A stretch of DNA of 32,861 nucleotides from a virus (Duplodnaviria > Caudoviricetes): positions 1 to 32,861 of the IMG/VR virus record IMGVR_UViG_3300025020_000007; one strand, written 5' to 3'. Shown here one piece after another: positions 8,800 to 18,002 of this stretch (positions within the stretch are counted from its first letter, which is position 1; every line of letters begins with the position of its first letter). The translations under genes and the position numbers were made by a program. The notes beneath the pieces are model-generated. The model did not search any database, was not told where the DNA came from, and was given only the letters and a program-made list of their open reading frames with translations.

Positions 8800-9826
8800 A
8801 TTTCTTTCTCAATAGTTTTATTTTAAGCGGATTATGCTCAACCGCATCAACGATTGCTTTCAAGGCAAACAGTTTTCCGTATTTTACAACTGCATCGTTA
8901 ATGTCGGTGCAGGTCTCTGCCCACACTGGAAAGCTCACTCCCCACCCGTTATTAAGTGCCACATCTATTAAGTTCTGCCCGCTATGGTTCCAATCTGGCA
9001 CTACAATGATTTCCTTGTTGAGACTTTCTATGATGTTTACTTGTGTTGCGGTCACGCTTGAATGCATTACTGCGACTCCGTCAATGCTCATTGCGTCAAA
9101 CAATCCTTCACACACAATCACAAACTGCCAGTTTTGCTGCTGTTTGTCTATGTTAAACACGAACCCATTGTCAACTCTTGTAACATACTTTGCTGATGCA
9201 TCATCACTCATCGCCCTTGCCGAGTATCCAATAAGCTGACCTTTCCAGTAGAACGGAACAATAACACGAGTATTTAGCTGCTGCTCCTTGGCGTTGGTAA
9301 GATAGAACTCATATTTTTGCAGGTTGATTTTTCTCGCGTAAACATATTCCACTGCTGCGGACAGTTGATGACAGTTAGCCCAATCTCCTTTTAACTCATT
9401 CCACTCTGCTATTTGCATAAAGCTCATTGAATCTTCAGGGAGAGGCTCTGGGGTAAAGTTAATATTTACGATATCTGCTTGGATCGACGGAGCAATAAGC
9501 CCCAGCATTTCCATCTGCTCTTTTTCTCTGATGGATTCAATGACCAGCCGTTGTATTTCTAAATCATCAACATTTAGCCATTTGAGCAGTTTCCTGAACT
9601 TATGCCCCATTGGCTGCCCAGGTGTATATCGTGTGCTAAAGTTGCAGTTGAAACAAGAGTAAGAGATTGAGTTGTCAGTATTTACGATAACTCCACCACG
9701 CTTACGTGTGTCTACTGTCTCGCCGTTATGAATACAGCAGACAGCATTATTTACAATCCAGCCTTTGACATTACGTTTTCCGTGCCAGTATTGGAGGACA
9801 GTATCTTGTATTATATTAGAAAGCAT
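8789..9826 (-). CDS. DNA primase (T4 gp61-like)
   Basis: Zn-binding CC-H...YSCFNC, RVIVPF..LIGYSAR, TOPRIM VCEGLFDAMSI and VPD; adjacent to the helicase. Confidence 0.88.
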   Translation of the reverse strand: MLSNIIQDTVLQYWHGKRNVKGWIVNNAVCCIHNGETVDTRKRGGVIVNTDNSISYSCFNCNFSTRYTPGQPMGHKFRKLLKWLNVDDLEIQRLVIESIREKEQMEMLGLIAPSIQADIVNINFTPEPLPEDSMSFMQIAEWNELKGDWANCHQLSAAVEYVYARKINLQKYEFYLTNAKEQQLNTRVIVPFYWKGQLIGYSARAMSDDASAKYVTRVDNGFVFNIDKQQQNWQFVIVCEGLFDAMSIDGVAVMHSSVTATQVNIIESLNKEIIVVPDWNHSGQNLIDVALNNGWGVSFPVWAETCTDINDAVVKYGKLFALKAIVDAVEHNPLKIKLLRKKYGY

Positions 9827-9833
9827 AGTGCAT

Positions 9834-9862
9834 ATTATGCACTATGCTTTAGGGAAAGTAAA
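9834..9862 (-). promoter_or_regulatory. Sigma70-type promoter for the primase (probably leaderless mRNA)
   Basis: TTTACT-17 nt-CATAAT, with the ATG 7 nt after the -10 box. Confidence 0.55.
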
Positions 9863-9893
9863 GCAGTTTGACTAAAGATCAAGCCCAGCAAAA

Positions 9894-10085
9894 TCAGTTG
9901 TTGCCCAAAAATCGATTTTTGGCACCTGGGTTATCAAACTCATTGAATCGTTGCGTGTCCTCAGCCTCCAATGGCATAGACTCGGTTTCTACCGAAACAT
10001 CAAAATACTCCTCAAGTATCATCTCAGCGTCAGTCCCAGACACAATATTGACATCGATCCCGCCGGACAAAATTTCATCACCCAC
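9894..10085 (-). CDS. Small acidic hypothetical protein
   Basis: 63-aa ORF overlapping the upstream stop and filling the gap. Confidence 0.45.
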   Translation of the reverse strand: MGDEILSGGIDVNIVSGTDAEMILEEYFDVSVETESMPLEAEDTQRFNEFDNPGAKNRFLGNN

Positions 10086-10869
10086 GATATACCACCCTTT
10101 CTACTGTTCCAGTCACTGGAGTAATCACAAAACGGATACCAGAGCTGATTCCTTCCCAGTTATGGTAATCAGTCGTTGTTTGATTAGCATACGCAACGGA
10201 ATCAATGTTAGCCCAGCTTACCGAAACATTCGCGCTCGTTGTTCCGTTTGGTTGTAGCTCGTCCAGTGTCGATTCGATGTCAATGCTGCCCGTAAAGTTG
10301 TTAAAATAAAACTGGGCAGTATGCGACAACCGCTGATCATGTGAATTGCTGCCAGTCAATACAGCACTGGTGATGATGGGTGATACAGCGTTGGTTGGAA
10401 TGCTAACCTCAATGCTATCACGCACTGTGGGATAATGCCCTGCCTTTACAATCAACTCGCCACGAACGTCATAGTTGTCGTCAGCGTAAACTACTTGCTG
10501 CTGGCCAGTGGTCGGATCAGTGACTGACAAGCTATAGTTGTAATATTCTTTGCCCATATCCATCAAATCTTGCTCTTTCAATGTCACAACTACCACCCCG
10601 TCCACCGAACTACCCACAACAGTTGCTTGAGTAGTGAATAGAACTTCTCCAAGCTCTTCATCAAGAACATTCATCGCTATGTCCCAACCATCAACATTCA
10701 CTGGTTTTTGTTCAGAGTTCTTAAATCTAAATCTAATAATGTTGTCCACGCCCTTGTAAACTTTCACTGATCGTTGATACATAACTCTATTCCTTAGTGT
10801 GAGCGTTGGGTCCGTATTCAGTTGAACATCAACCGAGTTCGGGTAATAATAACACGTTATTGTTTGCAT
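10078..10869 (-). CDS. Putative virion structural protein (beta-rich)
   Basis: T/S/V-rich sequence with alternating beta pattern. Start re-assigned to the ATG at 10869 (MQTITCY), 7 nt after a CTAAATA late-promoter motif. Confidence 0.55.
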   Translation of the reverse strand: MQTITCYYYPNSVDVQLNTDPTLTLRNRVMYQRSVKVYKGVDNIIRFRFKNSEQKPVNVDGWDIAMNVLDEELGEVLFTTQATVVGSSVDGVVVVTLKEQDLMDMGKEYYNYSLSVTDPTTGQQQVVYADDNYDVRGELIVKAGHYPTVRDSIEVSIPTNAVSPIITSAVLTGSNSHDQRLSHTAQFYFNNFTGSIDIESTLDELQPNGTTSANVSVSWANIDSVAYANQTTTDYHNWEGISSGIRFVITPVTGTVERVVYRG

Positions 10870-10876
10870 AGTCAAG

Positions 10877-10918
10877 TATTTAGCCGATTTTTTCAGCCAT
10901 TTTGAAATGGCATAAATA
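10877..10918. promoter_or_regulatory. Divergent pair of T4-like late promoters (CTAAATA on - at 10877-10883; CATAAATA on + at 10911-10918)
   Basis: Each TAAATA core lies 6-7 nt before an ATG. Confidence 0.6.
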
Positions 10919-10924
10919 ACTTTA

Positions 10925-11302
10925 ATGGAAGACAACTACAAGAATTTACTGCTAACTAAGTACCCTATGCTCACATATTTAACTTATGGCAAGAGCGATT
11001 ACGTGGGTATTATTCAAAATGTTGATGACGCGATCACTACTATTTACGACTTGGGATCAGTAAAGACTGACGCTGATAAGATTGAGTTCTTGCAGTTAGC
11101 TGAAATATGGTGGGATGAATCTAATAGACAAGTGCCAATCAACGTATTTTTACGACTTGAGTGGTACGGATTTAGATCTACTCTCAAAACACTAAACTCG
11201 AAAGATGTTGACATCAAAGTTGGGCCTTACCTTAGCCTCAAAGAAATGGCACTCAAACGAAGTAAGCGCCGTAGTATCACCCTGATACGTAAAATTGGCT
11301 GA
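10925..11302 (+). CDS. Phage hypothetical protein (the only convincing intact plus-strand gene)
   Basis: 125-aa ORF in a gap with no competing minus-strand gene, preceded by a late-promoter motif. Confidence 0.75.
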   Translation: MEDNYKNLLLTKYPMLTYLTYGKSDYVGIIQNVDDAITTIYDLGSVKTDADKIEFLQLAEIWWDESNRQVPINVFLRLEWYGFRSTLKTLNSKDVDIKVGPYLSLKEMALKRSKRRSITLIRKIG

Positions 11303-11385
11303 TTGAGCTTGGTGGCAGATACTTTAACAGCATTAGTGTAACTGTTGGTATTAGCTGATTGAAACTCAACTTTCATTGTTGATAA

Positions 11386-11517
11386 GATAAACGCATTGCC
11401 AATGGATCTCATCCGTCCCAAATGATCTGGACTTGTCCACACTGTGGAATTTCTGGAAAAGGAAATTATAATCGTTGCCACGGTGAAAAATGTAAATTAA
11501 AATCCCCGCTCAACTAA
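11386..11517 (+). pseudogene. Remnant of a homing-endonuclease C-terminal Zn module
   Basis: Start-less frame KRIANGSHPSQMIWTCPHCGISGKGNYNRCHGEKCK, resembling the CPHC...RxHGxxCK tail of phage HNH/GIY-YIG endonucleases. Confidence 0.55.
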
Positions 11518-12075
11518 TAAATTTGCTTGAACGACAATCAAATGTGAATATGCGCAGGCGTGAGACTTTTTAAAGCTATATCCATCGTCTGTGCTATCCC
11601 AAATCGTTTTTGCGATTTCTTTCCAAGTTTTTCCAACCAAGTGTTTCTTACCTGGGCGGATCAACGAGATAAACATCATCAGTCGCGGGATGCTGTTGAT
11701 AGGTTCTTTTAAGTTTCGGATCATCCAATGATAGTTTCCAATGTGCGCCAGTTGTTCGCAGAAGGATTTTTCAAGCAGTCTATTCCAAGGTGGTTCCTTA
11801 GTCATCAGCTCATTCAGATGTTCCTCTGACCTAACTTTTTCATAGACTGACATGTTCAAAAAGTCAATCTTGTAATACCCACGCTCTTCCGCTTCCTTGT
11901 AATCAATGGTAGACCAGTTGTTTACATCGTGCGGGATTGGGGTAAAGTATACGCCCGAGGCATGCTTGCTGAACGTAGCATTGCCTTTTCCTACGCTTGC
12001 CGAAACGTATTTCAAATGTGATAATGCTGCTATTCTGTCAGCAAAATCAATATCTATATCGCCACGTTTAAACAT
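11497..12075 (-). CDS. Miniature DNA polymerase III alpha (DnaE, C-family) catalytic-core protein
   Basis: DIDIDF, KHASGV, GYYKIDFL, IRPG and YSFKKSHACAY are DnaE motifs in the correct order within 192 aa. Confidence 0.8.
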   Translation of the reverse strand: MFKRGDIDIDFADRIAALSHLKYVSASVGKGNATFSKHASGVYFTPIPHDVNNWSTIDYKEAEERGYYKIDFLNMSVYEKVRSEEHLNELMTKEPPWNRLLEKSFCEQLAHIGNYHWMIRNLKEPINSIPRLMMFISLIRPGKKHLVGKTWKEIAKTIWDSTDDGYSFKKSHACAYSHLIVVQANLLVERGF

Positions 12076-12081
12076 CAGATG

Positions 12082-12375
12082 TTAGCTCCATTTAAGCAAA
12101 AAAATCGGAATATCATTTGAATCTGTAAACCCCCACCAATCAGCAGTATCACTTGATGAGTAGCATCGTACTGTGCCAGACAACGTGCTGTTACACCAAT
12201 CCCAAAAAACAGTGTGATTAGTGTAAGCACGCCGCGCAACGCAGGTGAAATATTGTGGGACAACGGTCAAATCGTGCTCTGGAAACCAAAGTGGACTATC
12301 TTTGCTGCCCGTGTTAAACCGTGGCTCTAACTTGTTGAAATATTCACCGAACTGAGTTCGCGTCATTATTTCCAT
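12082..12375 (-). CDS. Small hypothetical protein (FxLKW family)
   Basis: WDWC...WWGF..DIPIFLLKWS. Confidence 0.65.
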   Translation of the reverse strand: MEIMTRTQFGEYFNKLEPRFNTGSKDSPLWFPEHDLTVVPQYFTCVARRAYTNHTVFWDWCNSTLSGTVRCYSSSDTADWWGFTDSNDIPIFLLKWS

Positions 12376-12749
12376 TTCAGCGCCGCCATTGTCGCAAACT
12401 GTGCTTTACCACGTCTAATCTTTAACAATACTTGACTACCATCTGTGTTATCGTAATGTTCTTTCCAATCCCAATCCCATTTCTGCTTTCCAACATTTTC
12501 TTCAAGCCATGGTCTGTAATGATCGTTTGGGTCAGCTGATCTAAAAGAATCCCATAATCCCGATCCTTCTTGTCGAAATCTTACCTCACCTACTGGCCAT
12601 GGCAGTGTTACTTCTACTCCTGGTATGAACTTCCACCATAGCTGCACTATAATCCGTGACGATTTTTCGCGCATATTAAATATTGTCAATATTCTGCTGT
12701 AATCAGCACTGCTCACTGGTCGCATTTTCCATGCCCCATTAAAACTCAT
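12366..12749 (-). CDS. Hypothetical protein (Trp-rich, LKW terminus)
   Basis: Tightly packed ORF: WLEENVG..WDW..ATMAALKWK. Confidence 0.65.
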   Translation of the reverse strand: MSFNGAWKMRPVSSADYSRILTIFNMREKSSRIIVQLWWKFIPGVEVTLPWPVGEVRFRQEGSGLWDSFRSADPNDHYRPWLEENVGKQKWDWDWKEHYDNTDGSQVLLKIRRGKAQFATMAALKWK

Positions 12750-13060
12750 TTCTCTTCTTTCTGAGCCAGTAACAACAGAAACTGGTAATGTTCATACGCT
12801 GTTTTTACGCTGGCAACGTTGTCACGAACTATCGCCTCAACGCGTTCTTTAGCAGCAATGTCTGCTAAGCTGCAAAACTCAGTTACCGGCATTTCGATTT
12901 TGGCAGTGTATCTGGTAGGTTTACTCGCATAACGCGAATGTGTGTAAGTGGAATATCCACCTATTGACTCTACGTCAAAGTCTTCAGACTCAATTTTCAC
13001 ATCAGCAGCAAACCGAATGCAAAAGTTAGTCACTATTTTTTCATAATCAGACAAGGTCAT
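12746..13060 (-). CDS. Hypothetical protein
   Basis: Overlapping start/stop with both neighbours. Confidence 0.65.
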   Translation of the reverse strand: MTLSDYEKIVTNFCIRFAADVKIESEDFDVESIGGYSTYTHSRYASKPTRYTAKIEMPVTEFCSLADIAAKERVEAIVRDNVASVKTAYEHYQFLLLLAQKEEK

Positions 13061-13761
13061 TACATCCCCGCTTCTTTAAGGATAGATTTAGTCAGCTCTG
13101 TATCAGCCATAAAGTCTTTAAACTTTTGCTGCCAATACTCTGGGTCAATCCATTTAAAAATCATCGTTATCTGCTCTTCATTCAACGAAGCCAGCAAATC
13201 TACTCCACTCGTGCAGTTGTAAATAATCCAAGGTGATATGCGGCCATTTACAATCATCAAGCATACTTTATTTTTCACATTCGCAGTAAATATTTCAGTA
13301 AACTGTTTGCCCGTTTCATCAGCCCATCGTTGTAGCTCTGTGAAAGTTCGTTCTAACGCATCATTTGGGTGTTCTCTACGCAAATACTCATATAGATATT
13401 GATCATAATACTGGTCTTTTGTCCAATGGTCAACCTTTTTGACGTTCTTGAGCGTCCACTCTATATATGCGTGTGGGTTTACTGCGCGAAGTTTTACAAT
13501 GTGCTGCCCAAACTTGACAAATGCCGAATAGTAGGGTGATTCAGCAAAGTCAGCGTAAGTTTTCGTTTTCGCGCTGCCTTGGGACATTTCAAAGAATCGT
13601 AGATAAGTTCGTAGTCCAAACTGAACGCCAACCTCTTTCTCCTGCTCCCACCGCCGCTTGGGTTCACACTGATGAACCGACAATGTCGACAGTTTTCTGA
13701 AAGATTTACCGCAGTATTTGCAGCTTAGTTTTTCAACTACTAGTTGGTTCATTGTAACCAT
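13060..13761 (-). CDS. Zinc-finger-containing phage protein
   Basis: N-terminal CKYCGKSFRKLSTLSVHQC (C2HC finger); lies in the replication cluster. Confidence 0.7.
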   Translation of the reverse strand: MVTMNQLVVEKLSCKYCGKSFRKLSTLSVHQCEPKRRWEQEKEVGVQFGLRTYLRFFEMSQGSAKTKTYADFAESPYYSAFVKFGQHIVKLRAVNPHAYIEWTLKNVKKVDHWTKDQYYDQYLYEYLRREHPNDALERTFTELQRWADETGKQFTEIFTANVKNKVCLMIVNGRISPWIIYNCTSGVDLLASLNEEQITMIFKWIDPEYWQQKFKDFMADTELTKSILKEAGM

Positions 13762-13766
13762 TCATT

Positions 13767-14228
13767 TCACAACTCTTTTTTAATCTGCTCGGGTGTCATG
13801 CCGAGATCTTTGGCCATTTCCTTCCAAGTTTTGTCGTCGTTCATTTTAATCATAAGATCAATATCTGACTGCTTCATAGCGGGATATAGATTACGAACAA
13901 ACTTAGATACCTTAGCAGTAGATCCTTCTTTTTTCTTCAACCCAATCCATTGATGCCGTTGAACCCCTTTTCCTGGACTGATTGCAGTAGCAGCCAGCCA
14001 GTTCAACTTGTCATGCTGTTTGGGAATGTTGAAAAAGTTCTTGTTCAGCATATCATTTGTTGCCAGCAAGTAGTAGCCCTGCATGGCAGATGACCCTCCC
14101 ACACTACTGCCCCACCTGATCATGAGAAAAGTGCTAAACTTTTTCTTTTCATCCGGTGTAAGGTTGTCAAGAAATTCGCGATCTTTCTTGTCCAACGCCG
14201 CCATTTCTTCAGCTATTCCTAGTGCCAT
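13767..14228 (-). CDS. Probable clamp-loader small subunit (T4 gp62-like)
   Basis: FSTFLMIRWGS..LLATNDMLNKNFFNI..HDKLNW..ISPGKG..HQWIGLKKK resembles the gp62 family pattern; size and context fit. Confidence 0.55.
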   Translation of the reverse strand: MALGIAEEMAALDKKDREFLDNLTPDEKKKFSTFLMIRWGSSVGGSSAMQGYYLLATNDMLNKNFFNIPKQHDKLNWLAATAISPGKGVQRHQWIGLKKKEGSTAKVSKFVRNLYPAMKQSDIDLMIKMNDDKTWKEMAKDLGMTPEQIKKEL

Positions 14229-14229
14229 G

Positions 14230-14430
14230 TTATTTCCCCTTTCGCAGATAATAATATGTTTTAACTTGAGAAATCAACTCTTTCATACCTTCATCTGTTT
14301 CTGCCATTTTGCGTATTTCAGTCCACAATACTGACTCCATCACCCTATCACGCATTGACATGACCTGAGTCAAAGTTGGTGTTGGTGTTGGTGGTGATTT
14401 TAAATCATCAGTGTTCACAGTTTTCACCAA
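14230..14430 (-). CDS. Small hypothetical protein
   Basis: 66-aa ORF in a packed operon. Confidence 0.6.
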   Translation of the reverse strand: MVKTVNTDDLKSPPTPTPTLTQVMSMRDRVMESVLWTEIRKMAETDEGMKELISQVKTYYYLRKGK

Positions 14431-14927
14431 GCAAGTTGATAGTTTACAACTTCGCTAGCACGGCTGATCTCTTTAACAAAAAACGCGCATAGTGGTTTTT
14501 CTGTTTTATCTTTAAGTGGCACGGCTAACATCTGCCCTGGCTTTAGCTTAGGAAAATACCATTTAACATCCTGATAAATGTCTACAACTTCAATCGGCTT
14601 AAATGCTGGTTTAAATCCTGCTATCGGGTTAAAGCAAAAAGCACTAAACCCACGGTCATTTATGCTAGTGAGAGGCACAACTTCAAGGTCGCCCAAATCT
14701 GGCTCACCAATCAAAATCTGCCAATCAACGGGCATACGAATAATATCTTCACCAATCCGCAATACTAATGCTGGGCTGTTGAAGCTTTCTAAAAATATAA
14801 GTGGAATGAAAAAATAGTCTGGATCTTTAGGGTTGCTGTTGTCAAAGACGCAGAATCGTAGATCTTCTACTTCATCTGGAATCTCGCCCATCGGATACGC
14901 AATATTGTCTAATGTTAGAATCTGCAC
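14424..14927 (-). CDS. Phage hypothetical protein (beta-rich, possible degenerate Hint fold)
   Basis: GTG start with AAGGA SD; 167 aa. Confidence 0.7.
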   Translation of the reverse strand: MQILTLDNIAYPMGEIPDEVEDLRFCVFDNSNPKDPDYFFIPLIFLESFNSPALVLRIGEDIIRMPVDWQILIGEPDLGDLEVVPLTSINDRGFSAFCFNPIAGFKPAFKPIEVVDIYQDVKWYFPKLKPGQMLAVPLKDKTEKPLCAFFVKEISRASEVVNYQLAW

Positions 14928-14953
14928 TTGATATTCCTTTTTTTGTTATTATA

Positions 14954-16411
14954 CTACTGCCAGCTTACTTTTGCGATTGAATACGGGTAGTTTGATTCAG
15001 TGTAAAACTGTTTTCTTTTGGTAAGATGACGCTTTGAAAACTTACAGGTAGATGTCACATCATAAATGTTGACAAAGTCCTTATCCTCTGCTTTTCTTAG
15101 TCCGCGGCCAATGCTTTGAATGACACGGATGAAGCTCTTGCCAGGTTCAATCAGCACCAAGTTAAACACCCTGGGTATATCTATGCCAACGGCGGCGATT
15201 CCGTAAGTACACACTGTTACTTTATTGTCCGATGTCGCGATGGAATCGTACTGCTCTTTTCTACTTGCTGATTTAGATGCTCCGCTAAGGAACACTGCTT
15301 CTGGAATAAGTGACGCAATAGTTTTTCCTGCTTCAACCCGATCAACCAGCACCAAAGTATTTCCGTCTGCGCTAACACGCGCTATCATATCTGCCATGTA
15401 CTGCAGCCTACCCTCTGTTTCTAATAGGTATCGCAGCTCATCCTGATACATCTTAAACTCAGGGTGGTCAATCATCTGAATCACATTGACATGACAGTTA
15501 GACAGCACACCACGATTTTGTAAATCACTGGCCTTGATTGTCCCTACTATTTCACCAATGGCAACTTGGAGAGATCGTTTTTCAAAATCTTCTTTAGGAA
15601 TAGTGCCTGTCACCCCCCACCGTATTGGAATCCTTGACATTACACCTGTCAGCATATCCAGTAATACTGAGGCCTTCGCAGCATGACACTCATCTACTAT
15701 TACACATATTACATCTTGAATAAAGTCCTCAAACGGAATCTGTGCCTCGCCATTCTTTGTATTTTTAAAGAGCGAGTTTAATGATTGCCAGGTACATATA
15801 GTATGAGTTTTGGTGTACTCCTTACGCGATCCAAAAAATACTCCAACATCAAGCCCCATGTTGATATAATCAGCCTCGGTTTGTAACACTAAGTCCTTGC
15901 TTGGAACAATTACTACGGACCTGCCGTATGGTTCAATCTTGTGGCTCAACACCGCAGTAATTAGCGTTTTTCCAGCCCCAGTACTGATGCAGGCCACGCT
16001 TTGAATATTAGACAGAAAGTTGTTTATTGAACTAACCTGATAATCTCGCAGCACAATGGGTTGTCCAGCCCGCACATGCCCCTCTGGCCACACTTTGCCA
16101 GCATAACTGGTTTCAGTCACCTCAGTAAACTCAAACTGATTGGAATAGTCACGGCGATCGTCCAGCTCAATCTCATACCCTTCAGCAATAAGAATGGGCA
16201 AGATTTCTGGCAGGAGATTTATATAAGTTGACCCGCCCAGATGTGCGAAGTTTTTCTTACCATCCCATCTTCCAAGTTTAACCGCAGGGGTAAACCTAGC
16301 ACCAGGGATTTCGTAGCTAAACTTGTTTACCAGTTTTTTCCTAGTGCTCAACTCTAGGTTTTCTATTTTACAGATACACTCATCATTTATGATTATTTTA
16401 GCAGTTGTCAT
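14954..16411 (-). CDS. uvsW: SF2 DNA helicase, UvsW-like
   Basis: LRDYQ (Q motif), STGAGKT, IVDECH, TGT, QSIGRGLR. Confidence 0.88.
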   Translation of the reverse strand: MTTAKIIINDECICKIENLELSTRKKLVNKFSYEIPGARFTPAVKLGRWDGKKNFAHLGGSTYINLLPEILPILIAEGYEIELDDRRDYSNQFEFTEVTETSYAGKVWPEGHVRAGQPIVLRDYQVSSINNFLSNIQSVACISTGAGKTLITAVLSHKIEPYGRSVVIVPSKDLVLQTEADYINMGLDVGVFFGSRKEYTKTHTICTWQSLNSLFKNTKNGEAQIPFEDFIQDVICVIVDECHAAKASVLLDMLTGVMSRIPIRWGVTGTIPKEDFEKRSLQVAIGEIVGTIKASDLQNRGVLSNCHVNVIQMIDHPEFKMYQDELRYLLETEGRLQYMADMIARVSADGNTLVLVDRVEAGKTIASLIPEAVFLSGASKSASRKEQYDSIATSDNKVTVCTYGIAAVGIDIPRVFNLVLIEPGKSFIRVIQSIGRGLRKAEDKDFVNIYDVTSTCKFSKRHLTKRKQFYTESNYPYSIAKVSWQ

Positions 16412-16418
16412 TTAATAG

Positions 16419-17567
16419 TTAGCGCGGGGTTAGTTTTTCGCAAAAGTAGCACACTTTAGCTGCCTTTGACAAAAACTCTTTCTTGCTTGCACCGTGCATT
16501 AGGTTTGCGTAGGTAATGAGAAGAGGAATTTTTCCAGGCCAGTCCTGTAGTGTCTTAGTAGTGTACACATATTTAGCAGTGGGGTCAAGCTGTTTGGCTG
16601 AACTGGTTGAGGCGATGGTTTGAGTCTCCTGCGGCGCAAAGTAGGTCGCAAACAACTCTTTGTCATGCTTGGTAAGGTTTGGATTGTAGACTACAATGGG
16701 TAGGCGATTGGTCGCAATCGCCCACTTGATCACTGGCTCTAAACTGTTGCCCACTGACGCTTGGTCAATGCTGTGCTGCGAGCAAAACGACACGAAAGGC
16801 TCGCCGTATTCCTCAACCAGGGCTGATCGTAGGTCTGGATTAATCGTATACGCTAACTCGCCTGACAAGTCAAGAAGTTTGAGCAGGTTACCTGCCGCCC
16901 CCTGAGCAGCAACATAGTCCAGCATTGACTCAGGCGCGTTGGTGATGGTTGGGGTTCCTGCCTCGTCCACGTCAAGCTCAATCGCGTAAGGGTGGCTCTC
17001 AACTTCCACGATCTCGTCAAACAGGTTCTTGACAAGTGGGGCGATTGAGGTTGTTGAATCGCTGTTAGCCATCGTGTACACCCAGCTCAAGTTGAACTCA
17101 GTCAGCGCAAACTTCCATACTCTTACGTCGTGATCCCACCACACTTTCCCCTCAGCAGTTTTAGCAAACTCACGGATAGTAGTAATCCTTGCTGCGTCAA
17201 AGGGGAAGCGATATACCAAGCTGTCATCAACAATGTTGAGCTCAGACGAACGATTGATCTCACGAATACCGTGTTTGTAGTTTTTGTGGTCAGGTTGATC
17301 AACACGGTGTTTGTGTAGCTGCCGCTCGTATTTCTGGATCAAGTGCTCAAGTAACTTGGCTTGCTTGTCAGTTAGTGCTCGTGATGTGCCAAAGCCAAAC
17401 AGTGGAGTCAACTGTTCAGCCGTACTCTCAACAAACTTGACATCGTAAGTTGCAAGCTGAACTGGGAATGGTAAAGTTTGCCATGTGTTTTTCGGTGGGT
17501 TGCCGTGGTTGTCAATACGACCACTGAAAAAAAGTAAATAGTCTTCAATATACGGGAAAATAGTCAT
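16419..17567 (-). CDS. Phage hypothetical protein
   Basis: 382-aa ORF with AAGGA SD; no motif recognised. Confidence 0.75.
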   Translation of the reverse strand: MTIFPYIEDYLLFFSGRIDNHGNPPKNTWQTLPFPVQLATYDVKFVESTAEQLTPLFGFGTSRALTDKQAKLLEHLIQKYERQLHKHRVDQPDHKNYKHGIREINRSSELNIVDDSLVYRFPFDAARITTIREFAKTAEGKVWWDHDVRVWKFALTEFNLSWVYTMANSDSTTSIAPLVKNLFDEIVEVESHPYAIELDVDEAGTPTITNAPESMLDYVAAQGAAGNLLKLLDLSGELAYTINPDLRSALVEEYGEPFVSFCSQHSIDQASVGNSLEPVIKWAIATNRLPIVVYNPNLTKHDKELFATYFAPQETQTIASTSSAKQLDPTAKYVYTTKTLQDWPGKIPLLITYANLMHGASKKEFLSKAAKVCYFCEKLTPR

Positions 17568-17576
17568 GTCATTCCT

Positions 17577-17807
17577 TCACGCCCACTTCAGGGTAAACAA
17601 TAGTAAATCACGACCATTTTTAAACATGAAGCGATGGTCTAAAAACTCCCACTCACCTGGACCAAATGTGCGGTTGCACCACGTTGAGTAAGCATACCAG
17701 CTGCCATGCGTGACAGTGTTAAACCCGTAAAAGTTTTCCCGTAATACGGGTTCTGACGAGTGAGTAAACTTTTTCCAATACTCAGTATTCGGGATTGAAG
17801 TTGTCAA
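17577..17807 (-). CDS. Small hypothetical protein (FxLKW family)
   Basis: TWCNRTFG..W..FMFKNGRDLLLFTLKWA. Confidence 0.6.
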   Translation of the reverse strand: MTTSIPNTEYWKKFTHSSEPVLRENFYGFNTVTHGSWYAYSTWCNRTFGPGEWEFLDHRFMFKNGRDLLLFTLKWA

Positions 17808-17993
17808 TTATGCCCACCTCAGTGTAAACAATATCGCGTCACTTTCCAGTTCAAATTCACCCACCAGTATTTTGTGGTTATGCCCAACAATGGAAAAGTT
17901 ACCTTGACAGTTTTCTTCACACCATTTTGACCATTTGTTATCACCCCATACGAATCCGTCGGTATAGCGGACTTCAACTCTAAAGCCAAACAT
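17808..17993 (-). CDS. Small hypothetical protein (FxLKW family)
   Basis: KWCEENCQG..FELESDAILFTLRWA. Confidence 0.6.
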   Translation of the reverse strand: MFGFRVEVRYTDGFVWGDNKWSKWCEENCQGNFSIVGHNHKILVGEFELESDAILFTLRWA

Positions 17994-18002
17994 ACCACAC
18001 CT

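Noticed and set aside
11227-11481. 84-aa minus-strand ORF
   Set aside because: It overlaps the plus-strand gene and the endonuclease relic, and has no motif.
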